Below, one piece after another: positions 40,701-52,700 of a stretch of DNA of 64,000 nt. This DNA comes from Eledone cirrhosa (lineage: Eukaryota). Within the stretch, counting starts at the first letter, position 1, and each line of letters starts with the position of its first letter. A model generated the notes under the pieces. It was not told where the DNA came from. It saw nothing but the letters and a program-made list of their open reading frames with translations, and made no database searches. Made by a program: the position numbers and the translations under genes. The stretch is from NCBI GenBank assembly GCA_964016885.1, contig OZ024741.1, positions 20,770,001-20,834,000 of the forward strand, read 5' to 3'.

Positions 40701-43700
40701 ACCAGCTAAGAGATCGAATTAGATGGAGGAACTTGGAGAGTGAAGACCAGCTAAGACAACCAATTAGATGGTGGAACTTGGAGAGTGAAGACCAGCTAAG
40801 ACAACCAATTAGATGGTGGAACTTGGAGAGTGAAGACCAGCTAAGAGAACGAATTAGATGGAGGAACTTGGAGAGTGAAGACCAGCTAAGACAACCAATT
40901 AGATGGTGGAACTTGGGAGTGAAGACCAGCTAAGACAACCAATTAGATGGTGGAATTGGGGAATGAAGACCAGCTAAGACAACCAATTAGATGGTGGAAC
41001 TTGCGGAGTGAAGACCAGCTAAGAAAACCAATTAGATGGTGGAACTTGGGGACTGAAGACCAGCTAAGACAACCAATTAGATGGTGGAACTTGGGGACTG
41101 AAGACCAGCTAAGACAACCAATTAGATGGTGGAACTTGGGGAGTGACGACCAGCTAAGACAACCAAATAGATCGTGGAACTTGGGGACTGAAGTCCAGTT
41201 AAGACAACCAATTAGATGGTGGAGCCTGGAGAGTGAAGACCAGCTAAGACAGCCAATTAGATGGTGGAACTTGGGGAGTGAAGACCAGCTAAGACAACCA
41301 ATTAGATGGTGGAACTTGGGGAGTGAAGACCAGCTAAGACAACCAATTAGATGGTGGAATTGGGGAATGAAGACCAGCTAAGACAACCAATTAGATGGTG
41401 GAACTTGGGGAGTGAAGACCAGCTAAGACAACAAATTAGATGGTGGAGCCTGGAGAGTGAAGACCAGCTAAGACAACCAATTAGATGGTGGAACTTGGGG
41501 AGTGAAGACCAGCTAAGACAACCAATTAGATGGTGGAACTTGGGGAGTGAAGACCAGCTAAGACAACCAATTAGATGGTGGAACTTGGAGAGTGAAGACC
41601 AGCTAAGACAACTAATTAGATGGTGGAACTTGGGGAGTGAAGACCAGCTAAGACAACCAATTAGATGGTGGAACTTGGGGAGTGAAGACCAGCTAAGACA
41701 ACCAATTAGATGGTTGAACTTGGGGAGTGAAGACCAGCTAAGACAACCAATTAGATGGTGGAACTTGGGGACTGAAGACCAGCTAAGACAACCAATTAGA
41801 TGGTGGAACTTGGGGAGTGAAGACCAGCTAAGACAACCAATTAGATGGTGGAACTTGCGGAGTGAAGACCAGCTAAGACAACCAATTAGATGGTGGAACT
41901 TGGGGACTGAAGACCAGCTAAGACAACCAATTAGATGGTGGAACTTGGGGACTGAAGACCAGCTAAGACAACCAATTAGATGGTGGAACTTGGGGAGTGA
42001 AGACCAGCTAAGACAACCAATTAGAATGTGGAACTTGGGGAGTGAAGACCAGCTAAGAGAACCAATTAGATGGTGGAACTTGGGGAGTGAAGACCAGCTA
42101 AGACAACCAATTAGATGGTGGAACTTGGGGAGTGAAGACCAGCTAAGACAACCAATTAGATGGTGGAACTTGGAGAGTGAAGACCAGCTAAGACAACCAA
42201 TTAGATGGTGGAACTTGGGGGGTGAAGACCAGCTAAGACAACCAATTAGAATGTGGAACTTGGGGAGTGAAGACCAGCTAAGAGAACCAATTAGATGGTG
42301 GAACTTGGGGACTGAAGTACAGTTAAGACAACCAATTAGATGGTGGAACTTGGGGAGTGAAGACCAGCTAAGCCAACCAATTACATGGTGGAACTTGGAG
42401 AGTGAAGACCAGCTAAGACAACCAATTAGATGGTGGAACTTGGGGAGTGAAGACCAGCTAAGACAACCAATTAGATGGTGGAACTTGGAGAGTGAAGACC
42501 AGCTAAGTCAACCAATTAGATGGTGGAACTTGGGGAGTGAAGACCAGCTAAGACAACCAATTAGATGGTGGAACTTGGGGAGTGAAGACCAGCTAAGACA
42601 ACCAATTAGATGGTGGAACTTGGGGAGTGAAGACCAGCTAAGACAACCAATTAGATGGTGGAACTTGGGGACTGAAGACCAGCTAAGACAACCAATTAGA
42701 TGGTGGAACTTGGGGAGTGAAGACCAGCTAAGACAACCAATTAGATGGTGGAACTTGGGGAGTGAAGACCAGCTAAGACAACCAATTATATGGTGGAACT
42801 TGGGGAGTGAAGACCAGCTAAGACAACCAATTAGAATGTGGAACTTGGGGAGTGAAGACCAGCTAAGAGAACCAATTAGATGGTGGAACTTGGGAGTGAA
42901 GACCAGCTAAGACAACCAATTAGATGGTGGAACTTGGGGAGTGAAGACCAGCTAAGACAACCAATTAGAATGTGGAACTTGGGGAGTGAAGACCAGCTAA
43001 GAGAACCAATTAGATGGTGGAACTTGGGGACTGAAGACCAGCTAAGACAACCAATTAGATGGTGGAACTTGGGGAGTGAAGACCAGCTAAGGCAACCAAT
43101 TAGATGGTGGAACTTGGGGAGTGAAGACCAGCTAAGACAACCAATTAGAATGTGGAACTTGGGGAGTGAAGACCAGCTAAGAGAACCAATTAGATGGTGG
43201 AACTTGGGAGTGAAGACCAGCTAAGACAACCAATTAGATGATGGAATTGGGGAATGAAGACCAGCTAAGACAACCAATTAGAATGTGGAACTTGGGGAGT
43301 GAAGACCAGCTAAGAGAACCAATTAGATGGTGGAACTTGGGGAGTGAAGACCAGCTGAGACAACCAATTAGATGGTGGAACTTGGGGACTGAAGACCAGC
43401 TAAGACAACCAATTAGATGGTGGAACTTGGGAGTGAAGACCAGCTAAGACAACCAATTAGATGATGGAATTGGGGAATGAAGACCAGCTAAGACAACCAA
43501 TTAGAATGTGGAACTTGGGGAGTGAAGACCAGCTAAGAGAACCAATTAGATGGTGGAACTTGGGGAGTGAAGACCAGCTGAGACAACCAATTAGATGGTG
43601 GAACTTGGGGACTGAAGACCAGCTAAGACAACCAATTAGATGGTGGAACTTGGGGAGTGAAGACCAGCTGAGACAACCAATTAGATGGTGGAACTTGGAG

Positions 43701-43950
43701 AGTGAAGACCAGATAAGACAACCAATTAGATGGTGGAACTTGGAGAGTGAAGACCAGATAAGACAACCAATTAGATGGTGGAACTTGGGGACTGAAGACC
43801 AGCTAAGACAACCAATTAGATGGTGGAACTTGGAGAGTGAAGACCAGATAAGACAACCAATTAGATGGTGGAACTTGGGGACTGAAGACCAGCTAAGACA
43901 ACCAATTAGATGGTGGAACTTGGGGAGTGAAGACCAGCTAAGACAACCAA
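37800..43950 (+). repeat. ~1.1 kb block repeated at 4,981-bp offset (about 37.8-38.95 kb and 42.8-43.95 kb)
   Basis: Matching variant series at 37,899/42,880, 38,257/43,238 and 38,480/43,461. Confidence 0.8.
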
Positions 43951-44458
43951 TTAGATGGTGGAACTTGGGGACTGAAGTCCAGTTAAGACAACAAATTAGA
44001 TGGTGAAGCCTGGAGAGTGAAGGCCAGCTAAGACAAACAATTAGATGGTGGAACTTGGGGTGTGGAGACCAGCTAAGACAACCAATTAGATGGTGGAACT
44101 TGGGAGTGAAGACCAGCTAAGACAACCAATTAGATGGTGGAATTGGGGAATGAAGACCAGCTAAGACAACCAATTAGATGGTGGAACTTGGGGAGTGAAG
44201 ACCAGCTAAGACAACCAATTAGATGGTGGAACTTGGGGAGTGAAGTCCAGTTAAGACAACCAATTAGATGGTGGAACTTGGGGAGTGAAGACCAGCTAAG
44301 ACAACCAATTAGAAGGTGGAACTTGGGGAGTGAAGACCAGCTAAGACAACCAATTAGATGGTGGAACTTGGGGAGTGAAGACCAGCTAAGACAACCAATT
44401 AGATGGTGGAACTTAGAGGGTGAAGACCAGCGAAGACAACCAATTAGATGGTGGAAAT

Positions 44459-44925
44459 AGGAGAGTGAAGACCAGCTAAGACAGCCAATTAGAGGGTGAA
44501 GACCAGCTAAGACAACAAATTAGATGGTGGAACTTGGGGAGTGAAGACCTGCTAAGACACCCAATTAGATGGTGGAATTTGGGAAGAGAAGACCAGCTAA
44601 GACAACCAATTAGATGGTGGAACTTGGAGAGTGAAGACCAGCGAAGACAACCAATTAGATGGTGGAACTAGGAGAGTGAAGACCAGCTAAGACAACCAAT
44701 TAGAGGGTGAAGACCAGCTAAGACAACCAATTAGATGGTGGAAATTGGGGAGTGAAGACCAGCTAAGACAACCAATTAGATGGTGGAATTTGGGAAGAGA
44801 AGACCAGCTAAGACAACCAATTAAATGGTGGAACTTGGAGAGTGAAGACCAGCTAAGAGAACGAATTAGATGGTGGAACTAGGAGAGTGAAGACCAGCTA
44901 AGACAGCCAATTAGAGGGTGAAGAC
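44459..44925 (+). repeat. 211-bp 5-mer sub-repeat (4x45 + 31)
   Basis: The deletion junction CCAATTAGAGGGTGAAG occurs at TT positions 44,489, 44,700 and 44,911, with AATTTGGGAAGAG monomers in the same phase. The triplet recurs at ~48,347/48,558/48,769, 50,944/51,155/51,366 and 54,547/54,758/54,969. Confidence 0.9.
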
Positions 44926-46799
44926 CAGCTAAGAGAACGAATTAGAAGGTGGAACTTGGGGAGAGAAGACCAGCTAAGACAACCAATTAGATGGTGGAAC
45001 TTGGGGAGTGAAGACCAGCTAAGACAACCAATTAGATGGTGGAACATGGAGAGAGAAGACCAGCTAAGAAAACCAATTAGATGGTGGAACTTGCAGAGTG
45101 AAGACCAGCTAAGAGAACCAATTAGATGGTGGAACATGTGGACTGAAGACCAGCTAAGACAACCAATAAGATGGTGGAACTTGGGGAGTGAAGACCAGCT
45201 GAGACAACCAATTAGATGGTGGAACTTGGGGACTGAAGACCAGCTAAGACAACCAATTAGATGGTGGAACTTGGGGAGTGAAGACCAGCTAAGACAACCA
45301 ATTAGATGGTGGAACTTAGAGAGAGAAGACCAGATAAGACAACCAATTAGATGGTGGAACTTGGGGAGTGAAGACCAGCTAAGACAACCAATTAGAAGGT
45401 GGAACTTGGGGAGTGAAGACCAGCTAAGACAACCAATTAGATGGTGGAACTTGGGGAGTGAAGACCAGCTAAGACAACCAATTAGATGGTGGAACTTGGG
45501 GAGTGAAGACCAGCTAAGACACCCAATTAGATGGTGGAACTTAGAGGGTGAAGACCAGCGAAGACAACCAATTAGATGGTGGAAATAGGAGAGTGAAGAC
45601 CAGCTAAGACAGCCAATTAGAGGGTGAAGACCAGCTAAGACAACAAATTAGATGGTGGAACTTGGGGAGTGAAGACCTGCTAAGACACCCAATTACATGG
45701 TGGAATTTGGGAAGAGAAGACCAGCTAAGACAACCAATTAGATGGTGGAACTTGGAGAGTGAAGACCAGCTAAGACAACCAATTAGATGGTGGAACTTGG
45801 AGAGTGAAGACCAGCTATGACAACCAATTAGATGGTGGAACTTGGGGAGTGAAGACCAGCTAAGACAACCAATTAGATGGTGGAATAGTGGAAAGAAGAC
45901 CAGCTAAGACAACCAATTAGATGGTGGAACTTGGGGAGTGAAGACCAGCTAAGAAAACCAGTTATATGGTGGAACTTGGAGAGTGAAAACCAGCTAAGAG
46001 AACCAATTAGATGGTGGAACTAGGAGAGTGAAGACCAGCTAAGACAGCCAATTAGAGGGTGAAGACCAGCTAAGAGAACGAATTAGAAGGTGGAACTTGG
46101 GGAGAGAAGACCAGCTAAGACAACCAATTAGATGGTGGAACTTGGGGAGTGAAGACCAGCTAAGACAACCAATTAGATGGTGGAACTTGGAGAGAGAAGT
46201 CCAGCTAAGAGAACCAATTAGATGGTGGAACTTGGAGAGTGAAGACCAGCTAAGAGAACCAATTAGATGGTGGAACATGTGGACTGAAGACCAGATAAGA
46301 CAACCAATTAGATGGTGGAACTTGGGGACTGAAGAACAGCTAAGACAACCAATTAGATGGTGGAACTTGGGGAGTGAAGACCAGCTAAGACAACCAATTA
46401 GATGTTGGAACTAGGAGAGTGAAGACCATCGAAGACAACCAATTAGATGGTGGAAATAGGAGAGTGAAGACCAGCTAAGACAGCCAATTAGAGGGTGAAG
46501 ACCAGCTAAGACAACAAATTAGATGGTGGAACTTGGGGAGTGAAGACCTGCTAAGACACCCAATTAGATGGTGGAATTTGGGAAGAGAAGACCAGCTAAG
46601 ACAACCAATTAGATGGTGGAACTTGGAGAGTGAAGACCAGCTAAGACAACCAATTAGATGGTGGAACTTGGAGAGTGAAGACCAGATAAGACAACCAATT
46701 AGATGGTGGAACTTGGGGAGTGAAGACCAGCTAAGACAACCAATTAGATGGTGGAATAGTGGAATGAAGACCAGCTAAGACAACCAATTAGATGGTGGA

Positions 46800-49700
46800 A
46801 CTTGGGGAGTGAAGACCAGCTAAGAAAACCAGTTATATGGTGAAACTTGGAGAGTGAAGACCAGCTAAGAGAACGAATTAGATAGTGGAACTTGGAGAGT
46901 GAAGACCAGCTAAGACAACCAATTAGATGGTGGAACTTGGAGAGTGAAGACCAGCTAAGTCAACAAATTAGATGGTGGAACTTGGAGAGTGAAGACCGGC
47001 TAAGACAACCAATTAGATGGTGGAACTTAGAGGGTGAAGACCAGCTAAGACAACCAATTAGATGATGGAACTTGGGGAGAAAAGACCAGCTAAGACAACC
47101 AATTAGATGGTGGAACTTGGGGAGTGAAGACCAGCTAAGACAACCAATTAGATGGTGGAACTTGGGGAGTGAAGACCAGCTAAGACAACCAATTAGGTGG
47201 TGGAACTTGGGGAGTGAAGAACAGCTAAGACAACCAATTAGATGGTGGAACTTGGGGAGTGTAGACCTGCTAAGACAACCAATTAGATGGTGGAACTTAG
47301 AGGGTGAAGACCAGCGAAGACAACCAATTAGATGGTGGAACTTGGAGAGTGAAGACCAGCTAAGAGAACGAATTAGATGGTGGAACTAGGATAGTGAAGA
47401 CCAGCTAAGACAGCCAATTAGATGGTGGAACTTGGAGAGTGAAGACCAGCTAAGACAACCAATTAGATGTTGGAACTAGGAGAGTGAAGACCAGCTAAGA
47501 CAACCAATTAGATGGTGGAACTTGGAGAGTGAAGACCAGCTAAGAGAACGAATTAGATGGTGGAACTAGGAGAGTGAAGACCAGCTAAGACAGCCAATTA
47601 GAAGGTGAAGACCAGCTAAGAGAACGAATTAGATGGTGGAACTTGGGGAGAGAAGACCAGCTAAGACAACCAATTAGAAGGTGGAACTTGGGGAGAGAAG
47701 ACCAGCTAAGACAACCAATTAGATGGTGGAACTTGGGGAGTGAAGACCAGCTAAGACAACCAATTAGATGGTGGAACTTGGAGAGAGAAGACCAGCTAAG
47801 AAAACCAATTAGATGGTGGAACTTGGAGAGTGAAGACCAGCTAAGAGAACCAATTAGATGGTGGAACATGTGGACTGAAGACCAGCTAAGACAACCAATA
47901 ACATGGTGGAACTTGGGGAGTGATGACCAGCTAAGACAACCAATTAGATGGTGGAACTTGGGAGTGAAGACCAGCTAAGACAACCAATTAGATGGTGGAA
48001 TTGGGGAATGAAGACCAGCTAAGACAACCAATTAGATGGTGGAACTTGGGGAGTGAAGACCAGCTAAGACAACCAATTAGATGGTGGAACTTGGGGAGTG
48101 AAGTCCAGTTAAGACAACCAATTAGATGGTGGAACTTGGGGAGTGAAGACCAGCTAAGACAACCAATTAGAAGGTGGAACTTGGGGAGTGAAGACCAGCT
48201 AAGACAACCAATTAGATGGTGGAACTTGGGGAGTGAAGACCAGCTAAGACAACCAATTAGATGGTGGAACTTAGAGGGTGAAGACCAGCGAAGACAACCA
48301 ATTAGATGGTGGAAATAGGAGAGTGAAGACCAGCTAAGACAGCCAATTAGAGGGTGAAGACCAGCTAAGACAACAGATTAGATGGTGGAACTTGGGGAGT
48401 GAAGACCTGCTAAGACACCCAATTAGATGGTGGAATTTGGGAAGAGAAGACCAGCTAAGACAACCAATTAGATGGTGGAACTTGGAGAGTGAAGACCAGC
48501 GAAGACAACCAATTAGATGGTGGAACTAGGAGAGTGAAGACCAGCTAAGACAACCAATTAGAGGGTGAAGACCAGCTAAGACAACCAATTAGATGGTGGA
48601 AATTGGGGAGTGAAGACCAGCTAAGACAACCAATTAGATGGTGGAATTTGGGAAGAGAAGACCAGCTAAGACAACCAATTAAATGGTGGAACTTGGAGAG
48701 TGAAGACCAGCTAAGAGAACGAATTAGATGGTGGAACTAGGAGAGTGAAGACCAGCTAAGACAGCCAATTAGAGGGTGAAGACCAGCTAAGAGAACGAAT
48801 TAGAAGGTGGAACTTGGGGAGAGAAGACCAGCTAAGACAACCAATTAGATGGTGGAACTTGGGGAGTGAAGACCAGCTAAGACAACCAATTAGATGGTGG
48901 AACATGGAGAGAGAAGACCAGCTAAGAAAACCAATTAGATGGTGGAACTTGCAGAGTGAAGACCAGCTAAGAGAACCAATTAGATGGTGGAACATGTGGA
49001 CTGAAGACCAGCTAAGACAACCAATAAGATGGTGGAACTTGGGGAGTGAAGACCAGCTGAGACAACCAATTAGATGGTGGAACTTGGGGACTGAAGACCA
49101 GCTAAGACAACCAATTAGATGGTGGAACTTGGGGAGTGAAGACCAGCTAAGACAACCAATTAGATGGTGGAACTTAGAGAGAGAAGACCAGATAAGACAA
49201 CCAATTAGATGGTGGAACTTGGGGAGTGAAGACCAGCTAAGACAACCAATTAGAAGGTGGAACTTGGGGAGTGAAGACCAGCTAAGACAACCAATTAGAT
49301 GGTGGAACATGGGGAGTGAAGACCAGCTAAGACAACCAATTAGATGGTGGAACTTGGGGAGTGAAGACCAGCTAAGACAACCAATTAGATGGTGGAACTT
49401 GGGGAGTGAAGACCAGCTAAGAAAACCAGTTATATGGTGAAACTTGGAGAGTGAAGACCAGCTAAGAGAACGAATTAGATAGTGGAACTTGGAGAGTGAA
49501 GACCAGCTAAGACAACCAATTAGATGGTGGAACTTGGAGAGTGAAGACCAGCTAAGTCAACAAATTAGATGGTGGAACTTGGAGAGTGAAGACCGGCTAA
49601 GACAACCAATTAGATGGTGGAACTTAGAGGGTGAAGACCAGCTAAGACAACCAATTAGATGATGGAACTTGGGGAGAAAAGACCAGCTAAGACAACCAAT

Positions 49701-52700
49701 TAGATGGTGGAACTTGGGGAGTGAAGACCAGCTAAGACAACCAATTAGATGGTGGAACTTGGGGAGTGAAGACCAGCTAAGACAACCAATTAGGTGGTGG
49801 AACTTGGGGAGTGAAGAACAGCTAAGACAACCAATTAGATGGTGGAACTTGGGGAGTGTAGACCTGCTAAGACAACCAATTAGATGGTGGAACTTAGAGG
49901 GTGAAGACCAGCGAAGACAACCAATTAGATGGTGGAACTTGGAGAGTGAAGACCAGCTAAGAGAACGAATTAGATGGTGGAACTAGGATAGTGAAGACCA
50001 GCTAAGACAGCCAATTAGATGGTGGAACTTGGAGAGTGAAGACCAGCTAAGACAACCAATTAGATGTTGGAACTAGGAGAGTGAAGACCAGCTAAGACAA
50101 CCAATTAGATGGTGGAACTTGGAGAGTGAAGACCAGCTAAGAGAACGAATTAGATGGTGGAACTAGGAGAGTGAAGACCAGCTAAGACAGCCAATTAGAA
50201 GGTGAAGACCAGCTAAGAGAACGAATTAGATGGTGGAACTTGGGGAGAGAAGACCAGCTAAGACAACCAATTAGAAGGTGGAACTTGGGGAGAGAAGACC
50301 AGCTAAGACAACCAATTAGATGGTGGAACTTGGGGAGTGAAGACCAGCTAAGACAACCAATTAGATGGTGGAACTTGGAGAGAGAAGACCAGCTAAGAAA
50401 ACCAATTAGATGGTGGAACTTGGAGAGTGAAGACCAGCTAAGAGAACCAATTAGATGGTGGAACATGTGGACTGAAGACCAGCTAAGACAACCAATAAGA
50501 TGGTGGAACTTGGGGAGTGATGACCAGCTAAGACAACCAATTAGATGGTGGAACTTGGGAGTGAAGACCAGCTAAGACAACCAATTAGATGGTGGAATTG
50601 GGGAATGAAGACCAGCTAAGACAACCAATTAGATGGTGGAACTTGGGGAGTGAAGACCAGCTAAGACAACCAATTAGATGGTGGAACTTGGGGAGTGAAG
50701 TCCAGTTAAGACAACCAATTAGATGGTGGAACTTGGGGAGTGAAGACCAGCTAAGACAACCAATTAGAAGGTGGAACTTGGGGAGTGAAGACCAGCTAAG
50801 ACAACCAATTAGATGGTGGAACTTGGGGAGTGAAGACCAGCTAAGACAACCAATTAGATGGTGGAACTTAGAGGGTGAAGACCAGCGAAGACAACCAATT
50901 AGATGGTGGAAATAGGAGAGTGAAGACCAGCTAAGACAGCCAATTAGAGGGTGAAGACCAGCTAAGACAACAGATTAGATGGTGGAACTTGGGGAGTGAA
51001 GACCTGCTAAGACACCCAATAAGATGGTGGAATTTGGGAAGAGAAGACCAGCTAAGACAACCAATTAGATGGTGGAACTTGGAGAGTGAAGACCAGCGAA
51101 GACAACCAATTAGATGGTGGAACTAGGAGAGTGAAGACCAGCTAAGACAACCAATTAGAGGGTGAAGACCAGCTAAGACAACCAATTAGATGGTGGAAAT
51201 TGGGGAGTGAAGACCAGCTAAGACAACCAATTAGATGGTGGAATTTGGGAAGAGAAGACCAGCTAAGACAACCAATTAAATGGTGGAACTTGGAGAGTGA
51301 AGACCAGCTAAGAGAACGAATTAGATGGTGGAACTAGGAGAGTGAAGACCAGCTAAGACAGCCAATTAGAGGGTGAAGACCAGCTAAGAGAACGAATTAG
51401 AAGGTGGAACTTGGGGAGAGAAGACCAGCTAAGACAACCAATTAGATGGTGGAACTTGGGGAGTGAAGACCAGCTAAGACAACCAATTAGATGGTGGAAC
51501 ATGGAGAGAGAAGACCAGCTAAGAAAACCAATTAGATGGTGGAACTTGCAGAGTGAAGACCAGCTAAGAGAACCAATTAGATGGTGGAACATGTGGACTG
51601 AAGACCAGCTAAGACAACCAATAAGATGGTGGAACTTGGGGAGTGAAGACCAGCTGAGACAACCAATTAGATGGTGGAACTTGGGGACTGAAGACCAGCT
51701 AAGACAACCAATTAGATGGTGGAACTTGGGGAGTGAAGACCAGCTAAGACAACCAATTAGATGGTGGAACTTAGAGAGAGAAGACCAGATAAGACAACCA
51801 ATTAGATGGTGGAACTTGGGGAGTGAAGACCAGCTAAGACAACCAATTAGAAGGTGGAACTTGGGGAGTGAAGACCAGCTAAGACAACCAATTAGATGGT
51901 GGAACTTAGAGGGTGAAGACCAGCGAAGACAACCAATTAGATGGTGGAAATAGGAGAGTGAAGACCAGCTAAGACAGCCAATTAGAGGGTGAAGACCAGC
52001 TAAGACAACAAATTAGATGGTGGAACTTGGGGAGTGAAGACCTGCTAAGACACCCAATTACATGGTGGAATTTGGGAAGAGAAGACCAGCTAAGACAACC
52101 AATTAGATGGTGGAACTTGGAGAGTGAAGACCAGCTAAGACAACCAATTAGATGGTGGAACTTGGAGAGTGAAGACCAGCTATGACAACCAATTAGATGG
52201 TGGAACTTGGGGAGTGAAGACCAGCTAAGACAACCAATTAGATGGTGGAATAGTGGAAAGAAGACCAGCTAAGACAACCAATTAGATGGTGGAACTTGGG
52301 GAGTGAAGACCAGCTAAGAAAACCAGTTATATGGTGGAACTTGGAGAGTGAAAACCAGCTAAGAGAACGAATTAGAAGGTGGAACTTGGGGAGAGAAGAC
52401 CAGCTAAGACAACCAATTAGATGGTGGAACTTGGGGAGTGAAGACCAGCTAAGACAACCAATTAGATGGTGGAACTTGGAGAGAGAAGTCCAGCTAAGAG
52501 AACCAATTAGATGGTGGAACTTGGAGAGAGAAGACCAGCTAAGAAAACCAATTAGATGGTGGAACTTGGAGAGTGAAGACCAGCTAATAGAACCAATTAG
52601 ATGGTGGAACATGTGGACTGAAGACCAGCTAAGACAACCAATAAGATGGTGGAACTTGGGGAGTGAAGACCAGCTAAGACAACCAATTAGATGGTGGAAC

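Larger units (their letters stand above)
1..44240 (+). repeat. Satellite domain A (45/44-bp monomers, closer to consensus)
   Basis: Diagnostic variants: AGAATGTGG, GGAGCCTGGAGAG, GGGTGTGGAGAC, TTACAGGGTG, AACGTGTGGACT, ATGGAGGAAC and frequent GGGACTG. No 31-bp monomers were seen before 44,470. Confidence 0.9.
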
